Shown here one piece after another: positions 37,501-48,437 of a stretch of DNA of 64,000 nt. Within the stretch, counting starts at the first letter, position 1, and the number at the start of each line of letters is the position of its first letter. Origin of the DNA: Lingula anatina (Eukaryota; Animalia; Brachiopoda). The DNA is taken from contig CM120641.1 of the NCBI GenBank assembly GCA_051362555.1, positions 34,974,401 through 35,038,400 of the forward strand, read 5' to 3'. Under the pieces are notes generated by a model, which was not told the DNA's origin, searched no databases, and saw only the letters and a program-made list of their open reading frames with translations. The position numbers and the translations under genes are program-made.

Positions 37501-39186
37501 GTACTTTTTGATACAGCGTAACTCGAAAACCGTATGGAATACAAAAAAAGCGAGACCACCTCCAGTGTTGGGCTTTACATGCTCTACAAAATGCAAAAAA
37601 GAATGGGTCTCTAGCATTAATGCTTCCCGAATTAGAGACAGTTTTCAGTTTCGGTATCTTATGGCTGCTACTCCCGTGAAAATGCACCGATTGACCCCAA
37701 ATTCATGGAGATGAAAGATGACCTGAAGGGTAACACTTTCCAATAATATCATTGGTTAAGTCTGTGTAGTGTCTGAATAACAGGGCAAAAAAAAATTTTT
37801 TCGTAAAAAATTTCATTTTTTTGAAAATTTTGGCCCATTTGACCTTGAAGTAAAGGTCAAAGGTCAAATCCAAGGGTATATTTGAAATCTACACATATGA
37901 CTTTTGGAAAGCCGTCTATAGAAATTTTTCCCATAACTCCTTCCGTAGGGTAGATAATTAGCATTTAATTTTGCAATTTTTAGACAAGGGTGCATTGTAA
38001 TGAGTGCCACACCCAGACCCCAATACCGACAAAGCCCAAATTTTACGTGGAACGAGTTGAGATTATAGGTGACCTAAATCCATGAGATGGTTACGGGGGC
38101 CCCTAGGAGGAGAAGCGGTAACGGTAGCCGTCCGGCGGAGCCGGCGGAACGATCCGGACGGGACCGAAACCATGTGTACCGCCAGCGCTAACGCTGGTGG
38201 TACAATAAATAGCATTACTCAGACCCCACAGTGATGAAACATCAGGCACCAAAACTTCAACTACTAAATCATAGATACATTGTTTAAGTAGTTTGTCAGA
38301 CATGATTTAGTCCGTCACAGGTACAACAGCCCTGCACAGGTGGAGCATGTTGTGTTTATGTACCTCCTGGTCTTACACAGATGCAATAGAGTGCACACAT
38401 GCCTTTACAAAGGAGGATAACATAATGATAATTTAAATTTTCCTTAACTAAGAGGGAAAAGAGACACGAAACATCACTTGCTTGTGAAATATGTAACAGG
38501 CTTGTTTTACATGTATATTAAATTGAATAGATTTTTTTTCTCGTAAATTTGTGATATTCAGGAATGGCATGCTTACTATCAAATCATACCAGTGTGCGTT
38601 TTTGTTTACACTTTTAATTTAGCCAATGCAACTGATCTTATGAAATCGGTGTTTGACGAAAAATTTTTAAATAATTCTTGTGGCATATTGTACCTGTTTG
38701 TTGTATTGCATTAAACCCATGCAAGGGAAAACCCATGTGCAGGCAGCTGGGAGGATTTCACTGTCAGCAAAGTTGATCCATTGCTGTACAAAGGCTGCAT
38801 CAGAAGGACTGGCTCCCCTCAAGGCTTCATTGGCAACTGAAAGCAGCAATGACAAGTAGACACTTTACATCAGTCTAGCATATCCTACAGTTTACCCAAC
38901 TATTTTTGTCATCTTGTAGTAGAGCTAATAAAGTATTTACTGTAATAAAACAACTGCAGTAATTAAATTTTAATTCATCTTTCAAAGTGTTAAGGAAAAG
39001 GTGAAAATTTTAAAGAGATAAAAAATACCAACATTCTGCTTACCATAATAAGCAATAGCATTGCTTTCAAACACACAATCGCCATTCTTTGCCTCATATG
39101 CAGGCACCTAGAAGGAAAGCATAATTAAGTAATTTTTTTTTCAATATAAATTTATTATTATAAAGAACAACATTCCTTATCATCTG

Positions 39187-39249
<63 letters not shown>

Positions 39250-41400
39250 CCTAGTCTGGGGGCTTGGTTTAAAATATAGCAGACTAGAGTATTTGTGGGA
39301 TTTGGAGAGACATTAGCTTTCCCAAAAGACATTCCCATGTGCATAGTTTCAGCATTATTGCTATAAGATTTAACCCACATCACAGAGATTCTCATTTAGT
39401 GCAAAAAACTTTTTTATTCTATTTTACACAATTACCATGATGATGATGATCATAATTTGTGTGATTACAGTAAGGTTTTTGCTCTCACAGAAAGAAAACA
39501 ACTCTTTACAAATCTCATTATTTTACCTCCACTTGTTATGCAGCTGCAATGTACCGTACAACTGCATCTTTGAAAGGAGGAAAGTCACTAGCTTCATCAT
39601 GACCATCTTAAACATTTAACAAATTCCAAATACCCAATTATAAAACCAAACAGAGATGGTCATTTTATCACATGGTTTACTTAAATAATCTTCCAAACAA
39701 TCACACTATTATTCTAGTACTTCATGCTCTGCTGAATAAGCACTACGACAGAAATGTGACGTGTGCATGTCAAAAATAATCTTATATCTCTATTCCCTTC
39801 AAAACTTAACAATAACTTATGAAAAGCAATCAATTCTGTCACCAAAAAAAAAATAAATAAATAAAAATGAAAAAAATAGTGTATACATTTTTTATAATGC
39901 TATAACTGCTTGAGTATGTAACTGTTGTACAATGCACGTTCAATATAAAAATATCAACATATACCTCTTTCTACAAGGAATTAAATTATGACTACAGTCA
40001 AACAATGAGCAGTCAGTACAGACAATAACTTTTTCCTTTTATCATTGAGATATTCCATGCCCAAAAACAGTTGACAAAATCATAATTATCTTAAAAATGC
40101 TGAAATACTGAGACAGGGGAAACAATTATCTTTTTTCTTTATCAATGTTGAACATCTACCCGTTATCAAACAATGTCAAATGAGACCTGTTGGTGGTGTA
40201 ACATTCAGAACAAAATAGCCTGAATCACTAGTACCTCACCAGACACACCCACTAATTTCTTTATAGGTCATTTCATAAATTATGTTCTACCTTGGTTTGC
40301 AGGGAGGAAATGGGGGTTCTAACAGACACACAAGCTCTTTCCATTGTGTGATTTTGGTAAATCTGCTGAAATATGCTTGGCTGTCAATTGCTCTAAGCAG
40401 ACTTTTGCTTTGGAACTATAAACAAATTGTCTCACTTGACTTTGTCATAAAGACATGTATTACAAACTGAAAACTTCATGATTTGCAAAAGACAGTGGTA
40501 GTAATAACACGATAATTCATATGTAAGCACTCTTATATATGCTTGATTTCTGCTTTGTACTGCTGTTCTACCACGTAAAAGATAACAGCCCCATAAACTT
40601 TAAAATGATGGTGGCCTAACAGGTAAAAGATGAATCTTACCTAACTCATGGCTCTGTTGATTGGGAAAACTGGTTGGCTTTACAGAAGTGTAAGATATGA
40701 GATGGGATTTGAGATGAAGATTTGACAGCTCCTGCATCACGATGGATGTTCAAGCTGGTCATCCTTTTACAATTTTTCAGTTCATTACCTTTCATGCAAC
40801 TATTGGAGGTGAGAGGTAAGCAAATGATGAGAGACCCTCCAAAACTAAGCTGATTCACTTGCTTAACGCCACTTTATATACACCTATAAATACTTTACGA
40901 GTACGTTCATGCATTAGCACATATGACAAGAGGTGAATACTAGTACTAACACATTGTTTATAGTGATACATTTCTACCCACTCCACCCCAGAACATTGGT
41001 TATAATTGACTTGCAATTACATGTTACATTATCGTACCTGAGGGTTAAAATTATAACTATTGTCACACCCACACACTGACAAGATAAAAGATACTTACTT
41101 TGCCTAATGGGAATTTCTTCAGAAATGCTTCATTTTTGTTACTCTCCCCTAACTTGAAATCATTTGCCACGGTGACTTGTGTACCACTGTACTTGGCTGC
41201 AATAAGGATCTTTTGTGCCCGAAAGTTTTCGGGGTATGTATACAGAGTCTGCAAAGCAAAGATTAAGAGAAATTTTCACTTGACATCATTCTGATAGCAA
41301 GGGTCACAAAACTTGAGATTTTTGAAGCCATGACAAGTACGATGTGAACGATTATATGGGATTTCTTTCAGATGTCCACAATACTCACACCAGCCGCCAT
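32173..41400 (-). CDS. EEF1G: Eukaryotic translation elongation factor 1 gamma (423 aa, 11 coding exons)
   Basis: Exons 41389-41400 (MAAG), 41099-41248, 39044-39107, 38694-38836, 35417-35560, 34817-34946, 34322-34410, 33755-33843, 33187-33359, 32715-32839 and 32173-32325 sum to 1272 nt. GST-like N-domain ([41 protein letters not shown]), Lys-rich linker and EF1G C-domain ([25 protein letters not shown], ...KIFK*). Confidence 0.97.
34141..34266 (-). ncRNA. Intronic H/ACA snoRNA, SNORA4-like (EEF1G intron 7)
   Basis: Minus strand: hairpin 1 closed by CCTCCT/AGGAGG, H box ATAGCA, hairpin 2, then ACA plus 3 nt. The 3' pocket CTCCAC...ACTAA is complementary to conserved 18S rRNA UUAGU-[U]G-GUGGAG and sits 15 nt from the ACA box. 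Paralog at 38291-38418. Confidence 0.8.
34584..34798. mobile_element. Palindromic MITE, family A, in EEF1G intron 6
   Basis: Arms ATTCTCA...GGATCGACCTAACTCCCTGGGG / CCCCACGGTGATAGATCGATC...TGAGAAC. Core GTTAATTACCCCTTATAGC...GGACGGACACTTAAG. Confidence 0.7.
35611..38206. mobile_element. Non-autonomous Helentron-like (HINE/DINE-1-type) element with an internal satellite array, in EEF1G intron 4
   Basis: ACTAGA end; subterminal inverted repeats TTGTACCACCAGC (about 35647) and GCTGGTGGTACAA (about 38192); terminal hairpin GTACCGCCAGCG-CTAA-CGCTGGTGGTAC; CGGA-rich microsatellite-like block at about 38130-38165; A-rich flanks. Confidence 0.85.
35812..37240. repeat. 146-bp tandem repeat, about 9.7 highly similar copies
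   Basis: GGTCAATTT register at 35826, 35971, 36117, 36263, 36409, 36555, 36701, 36847, 36993 and 37139. Confidence 0.97.
38291..38418 (-). ncRNA. Intronic H/ACA snoRNA, SNORA4-like paralog (EEF1G intron 4)
   Basis: Same architecture: CCTCCT/AGGAGG stem, H box ACATAA, pocket GCTCCAC...ACTAA, ACA-aac. Stems and pockets are conserved with 34141-34266 while the loops diverge. Confidence 0.8.
39189..39248. repeat. (TA)n microsatellite
   Basis: Direct reading. Confidence 0.98.
39455..39584 (-). ncRNA. Intronic H/ACA snoRNA, SNORA25-like 5' hairpin (EEF1G intron 2)
   Basis: Minus strand: CCTCC/GGAGG lower stem, pocket TTTCAAAG...AAC complementary to 18S GUU-[U]A-CUUUGAAA, upper stem ATGCAGTTG/CAGCTGCAT, H box AAATAA about 14 nt downstream, second hairpin, then ACA plus 3 nt. 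Confidence 0.7.
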
Positions 41401-41539
41401 TGCACCGGTCTAAAGAGGAAGTTGCGTTGCATCCAGCACCGGAAGTCAGAAAACCAATATACAGAGCCAGGGCTAAGTTACCCGGATCTTGGAGAATAGG
41501 TCAGATCGCAAAACAACTCCGAGAAAAGGAAGGCAAATT
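41401..41539. promoter_or_regulatory. Very compact bidirectional promoter for EEF1G and PPP3R1, with a 5'TOP/TCT initiator on the EEF1G side
   Basis: The start codons are only 139 bp apart. Minus-strand CTTCCTCTTT (about 41412-41421) lies just before the EEF1G ATG. ETS/GABP-type CCGGAAGT at about 41439 and CCAAT at about 41454. Confidence 0.8.
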
Positions 41540-44500
41540 ATGGTAAGTTAAGATTCAAACACGTGATAAGCGCAATAATGAAGATCCGTATTTTCATTTC
41601 TAAACCATATCAGATTTTCCCAACCCTGAATGGAACCAAAGGTTTCTTATTTTAATATGACTTGAGGCTACTCGAACTGTAGTCAGCAGTAACTGTCATG
41701 AACTAGTCGATCAGTGTTTGATCAGATCCTCAGTTGTAGGTATTCGTTTGAAAGATGTGATGGGTAGTGCACGTGAAATAGTAAGATATATTTAAGAAAG
41801 GCGTTGTAATGGATAAATAAAATTTATATATGACTCCGTTCTAGCCCTCTTAACATAAAGCTGAATGGAATTTGTATGATATAATAAAGATGGATTCCGT
41901 AGGCTATTTCCATAGATACAAATTACAATGTAGTGTTCTTAGCTGGAATTTGTATAATGTATTTTGTTTAAGCTTTATTAATTTCATATTCAGCCCTGTT
42001 GCCAATGTCATAAATTGATCCAGTTTTGAAATTGAATTGTATTCACAAACATAAACGCCAAGGAATAAATGATCATGATTTATAAATGTGACAGATGTAA
42101 GAACAGAAAATGGTCAGGCAATATTGATATACAGTAATTGAGTAGTAACGGCTTTTAAGGACTCCACCTTAATACCATGTTGTGTAGATTTACTGCTGTG
42201 CCAACCAAAGTCACATTCGGATCCATTTTGACAAAAGATGTTTAGTCTTACCTCCAGGAAGCAGATGCTTGAATGTACCTGGTTCTCAATCATTTTGTAA
42301 TCATGCCCAACTTTCACTGTGTCAGCCTCTAAACTCACTAATCTCATATGGGTTTTACAACAAGTCACGATTGGCCTTGGACTGAATTTTTTTTTAAAAA
42401 CTAAATTGACTCTTTAGAAGTACTATTGGTGCATTCAGATTCCCACACTGTATTAGCTGGGCTAGTCCAATTCTGCAGGAGATTCTCGCTAAAATGCAAT
42501 CAGTGAAATCAGCGTAATTAGCACACGATAGTTAATTACCCCCTAGCTGCTCGGAGAGGCATGTTAGACAATTAAGCTTATTCCATTGATTGCACTTAAG
42601 CAAGAATCCCTGGCAGAGTTGGACTAACCCAGGTAGTATAATGTGTGAATTTGTACGTGGGCTATCATATCAACTAAACTGCACAGCTAAGTGTTAAACC
42701 ATTGAACAAATTTAGTGCCATGATTAATTGTATGAAATCAGGTGTTTTCTGTTACCTCTTCTAAATTAACCATATTTGTGCCAGACATATTAAAAAGATG
42801 CATTGGGTAAAAAGACACAGTTATGAAATGACTTATATCTAAGTTAAAATAACATGAGCAGGTGAATAAAGAAAGTGCTAGTCAGTGCTCCCCTTTATCT
42901 TAAATGTAATATTTGTAGTCAGACAGATGCACATATAGTAAAAATTTTATAGTTAATATATGAGACTTAAAGATGTGTGATGCTCTATTTGTAAATGTCT
43001 GTAACCAAACCAAAAAAAGTCACTCTTCATCTTGGGTTTATCTACATGATAGATGGTCAAATAAATAATTTTCTCATGACTTCATGCTTATTTATACAGA
43101 AAAAAATCACATATTTGTACATGTGATCAGGGGGTCAAAGAAATCAATACCTCATTGTTATCAGGTTTGAAAGGAAAATTGTATTTGACATTAGGTGTTT
43201 AAGTGTGATACATTATGTACATGAGATTTAATACACTATACATAATATTATCTGAATTCTTGAAAGAATTGGAGAATTGTGGTTTGTCAATTTTACTCCT
43301 GATATCTTATTTCACAGTAAAGGTCTCAATAAACTTTGAAAATGTGATAAGTAAATTTCATCAATAGCCATGGCAAACCAAATGAAAAAAAACAATGCAT
43401 AAATACAGTATTCATTTTGATTGTATATTATGGCTTTAATCTAGATATCTATTACATTGATCACCTTCGGAACAACTCATCTATTGAAATAGTGTGTAAA
43501 GCTTAGAATGAACCAAGAATTATTAGAATAAACCAATAATTTTTTCTTCAATCAACAGCTTAATATTGAAATAGTTTACCTCCAATATTTCGATGATTAA
43601 CAGAGCATCTTCAGCAGGGAATGAGGCTATTCAGGAGATGTATTTCTCTGACTAGAATTGACCAATGTTTAAACTGTTATAAAATATAAAATGTTCATCA
43701 AATACTTAATGCTTGTTAATTGGTGCAATAATTTCACAACAATGACCTGGTCTAGTATATCATGGATATAGATTTGCCCAGGCACATTAGAATTGAGAAG
43801 TGTAAGAGCAACCCATTACGTTTTGTCAATACTATATTGTCATGTAGATATATTGGGATTTGCATTAACTAAGGTTATGCTTTGTGTACTCAATGCAAAT
43901 CTTGTATGCATTTGAAGTCACTGGTAATTGCTAGATTATGTTGCTTTCCCACAAAAAAATAGAAAAGAATTATCAATGATACCCTCCCACTAGTAAATAT
44001 TGTTTTTAAATACCAAAATTGTAGTTTAGCGATGCTCAGAAGGTAATTTGTTCTTTATATTTATTATTTTAGTAACAACATGCAAGGGTTCATGTTGAAT
44101 TAGCTGTCTATACATTGAGCATTATTACCTCCAAATATACTTAAGGGTTTGTTTTGTAAACATGAGCACAATGACATTTTAAAAAAGGCATTATCTTTCT
44201 TGTGAAATGTAATTAATTATTGCTTTCATGTATTTCAGGGAAACGAAACCTCCCTTCCTTTGGAGCTGTGCTCCACATGTAAGTATCTTGCATATTCTAC
44301 TTCACACTGACAAACCTGCAAACTTATTGATTTTTATCATGAATCCATTAGTTTCATTATCTGGCACAGGAAAGACTTCATCAGGCAGCAGTAGCATGGA
44401 TAGTATAGGCTTGTGGCATATCACTATGTAATATTTACAATTTTTTTGTAGAGTACTTTTTGGGTGTGATATTGTCATGGATGTTTAAGTAGTGTACAAG

Positions 44501-47358
44501 TTAGTATTAAAACATAGATACAATATGTAATAATTTATCATATGTATTGTGCAAAATTTAACAAGAATAGGGGCACACAATTAAGAAACCCAAAGGGGCA
44601 AATATTGAAAACCAAAATTGGTGCCACCTGAACAAAGAATTTGAAAATGTGTGAAAGACGCTGAAAATGAAATGTATTTCTTGCTTAAGTATGGAAGTAG
44701 ATAAATGACGGATATTTTTAGACTATTGGAAGAAACACACAATTGACATGATTTGTCGGCCAATTGTTGAATGAACTGAAACGAAATCTGAAGATAATTA
44801 TTGCATGTGGTTCAGAGATTGAGTTGCTTTTGAGAGATACAGATGTCGTTGAAGAGCAAAGGGCTGTGCTGATCAGCATCTTTTCCTGGTATCATCCTCC
44901 TCTGTAGAGTTTTATCTGAAATAATTAGTTATATCAAATGTCATGAGAAAAAAATTGAATCATGCACGGTGCGACTCATTGGATAAGATGAAACCTGATA
45001 GCCCTTGAGTCAACAGAATGGTTTTAAATTTAATTAAGTAAAAGAAGCAGCCAAAAATTGTATAAAGTTACTCCAGTGAGACTGTCATAATTTTTTATTT
45101 CCTTTATTGGCATAATCTTGGTTATCTCTTTTATTGTACTAAATGGTATCGTTTTAAGGTAACAGTGCACTCTCATGATGGTGAAATATATTATGACACT
45201 GAACAAAAATCCATGTTTATCTTTCACCCCATTCCATTGATCTGTCTACATGGATCGACTCAACTCAGCAGAGACTCTTGCTGAGTGCAAATTGAATGAT
45301 ATAGTACACCTCACCTTGTTCCCAAAGTACTTGTATAATCACCGTCTTTTCTGTACTATTTAATGTCGGGGGGGGGGGGGCATGCTAATTTGTTAAACTG
45401 ATTGCATTCAGTGAGAATTCCAATAGAGTTGGGTCGATCCACATAGACTGATGTGTCTATGGGAATTGGGCCTTGGACATCTAGTCCTTACATGATTTTG
45501 TTTGGTGTTGAATAATGCTTTGATAGCATAAAAACAACTTGCTTTCAGTAGGAGTGTAGGTACATTTGGAATAAATCTTGCTTCAATTTCTAAGTCAACA
45601 TCACCTTACATGTAACTCCAAACCAATTTAACTTTTATTAAAATCATATTGTAAACATTTCAAAAGAAGTAGAATTTGGCCTTTATAGTGCTATATTTGC
45701 TTTTTTGTTAACATAATCAGTTGAATCAACAAACTGTTAATGCTATCAGTTGAATACACTAATAGTGGCCTTATTGTTAAGAGGTGCGTTGTTAACGATT
45801 ACTTCCCCTTGGGCGATCTACTTAAGATAACCCTCTGTACTTATCCCTCTGAATTCGTTACCTTTCGTGTTTTTGTTATGCTGACATAATGCACTCACTC
45901 CAAGAGCAGTTTGATCATTATTCTGACATAATGCATGTTCCACTGGCACATGCACAGATAAATGTGTATACTAGTATAGCACAAGTTGAAGTCATGTAGG
46001 TAGCAGCCATGATTTGTGAATGTGTTCCAAACACAGTCCAGGTTAAACGTAAAGGATATTACTTATCAAAAAAATGTTTTGTTTAATTTGTTTGGTGATA
46101 TTGAACAGCTGAGATGATCAGCAAAATGCCATTAATAGTATCCATCACACATTCAGAAGTCTTGCCCAGAAATGTATCTGAAATGACAGCCCCCCCCCTC
46201 CCCCAGTAACCCAGTAAAATGCATTATCTGATGTCAGCAGCATTTAAAGAGAATTGTAACATAAATTAATTCAAGAGAGGGCATATCTCACATTATATTA
46301 TTGAAAAGTTGATAAATTTTCAACTAACATGGCTACTGCAGACTTCTGATGAACTTCTGTTTATTTTTCTGTAAGTAAGCACAGGTGATACCCCCCTTTG
46401 TAAGTATTGTTATTGTTTTCTACTGTTTTCAGCTCTGTCTTCTAAACAGTTGTGTCAGTATCTGGTTTCTTTTTACCTAGAAGTGTGACTCTTGGCTTGT
46501 TTATGTAGTGTGTGAGAAGTTGGACAAATTTGCAGTGATTTGATATTTTAAATTGTTGTTTTTATCGTGAATTTTTTTTTTTTCAGCAAAGTGCGTGCAA
46601 ATTACTTTCTTATTGTGTTGATTTGTGAATTATCTCCAAAGTATTGGGATTTGACACTGTCTGGTATATTTTGGCAGTTCCCTCTGCAATTTGATCATGT
46701 GAGATGAATAACATTAAAAAAAAATGAACTTTTTATAATTTCAAAAATATAGCACAAATGGCGTTTTATTTCAGTGTTGGAAAATACAAACATGTCAGAA
46801 GAGTATAGTCATCACAGTTGTCGCAGGGTTTTGTGATATAATGACTTTATATATAAGAAGTTATATAATAACTTATTCGTGCATGTTTTGGAGTTAATTT
46901 AAAAGAATTGTCCATCCTCATATATCAAGTTCTGAACTCTTGTACTTAACACAACTTTTAAATTTCTGATCTTTTCCAAGGCTTTAATTGATTGTTTCAT
47001 TCCTTAATGTCTGTATGTATGTTTGTCGATGGTGCTCTATTGCCTCTTCAGAGCCAAGTGGTTGGATCGTGTTTCTTTCTCTCCAACCTCTTCTATGGTT
47101 AAGAAATAATTGGCGAACCCCACCTGCTTCAGTTGCATAATATCTCTATCTGATTGGATGGCATCGTGGTTGTGCGATGTGTTATGGTCCAAACTTCCTG
47201 TTGGAAATTGATGTTGTCACTTTCTTGTATGTAACCCTGCCCTCTTATCCTAGTGGTATTTGAGACTAAGTTGTACCACAGGCTGATGATATGTTTGTCT
47301 CTTTATTAAAAAATACCCCTCAAAAAATATGATTCAGGATATCCACCCACTTGTGTAG

Positions 47359-47451
<93 letters not shown>

Positions 47452-48389
47452 TTGATGACTATACTGTACATGCATGACTGGTAATTGTAGCCACAGATGT
47501 ACATTTACCTTGCGACTTTAACAAACCAATAGCCTCCCAAGTTGACAATAAATCAACTTATTTATTACTGCCAGGAGCAGGAAACCTGTTTCTGGATGAA
47601 GTGAATAAGCACTCTTAAATGAGCTACGACTTGCCAAATGCCAGTTGCAAGGCACATATCCTGGTACTTACTCCAGAGCAAAATCTACAAACAATTAACA
47701 TGATATTCATACCAGCACATAAGAGACATTTGTTTTCATGGCCTTTTGTGTGTAGCATTTCTTTTGCTCATGTAATTCAATCAAGGCTGAGGCTGTTGCT
47801 GGTATGTGTTGCTCTGGCATATACACTATGTTCCAGGGTCCTTTTATTGATTTTTGGAGAATCATCATTTTGATGACATTAAGCTATCTACAGGATTCCT
47901 GTCCCAAACATAGACATATGCAAAATCAGCTGTGAGTTTCAATCCATGAGTCAGTTAATTGACAACTGATTTGTATACTGTAGTCTATATTATGTTATTT
48001 TATTTTGGAACAGATATTTCTGTGACACCAGAGACCAAAATTTTAGTAGTTGGCTTGATTTCAGTTCTATGCATGTTCATTTGTCACTTTACTCTTTGTT
48101 GGCTGTTTTATTCATGAAAAAAGTCATTTTCTTCCTTTTTTATGTCATTGCCTGAAAATCCAACTTAATCTTTGCATACAAGTCTGTATGCGGGTGATAC
48201 TCTGTGAGACTACAATGAAAAGAACATCTTGTTTTCTCTGTTTGTGTCATATTATTTCACAAGAGAGAGAATTTTAAGACTCTGGAGTAAATTAAATTAT
48301 TGATTGTTTTTTTGGTTGTGTTTATCATCATTATTATTATCATTATTATTATTATGATGATGATGTATAACATCATCATCATCATCATC

Positions 48390-48437
<48 letters not shown>

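Noticed and set aside
43617-43655. GNEA-like sequence resembling a duplicate PPP3R1 exon 2
   Set aside because: The acceptor is out of register, there is an in-frame stop and no good donor; probably chance.
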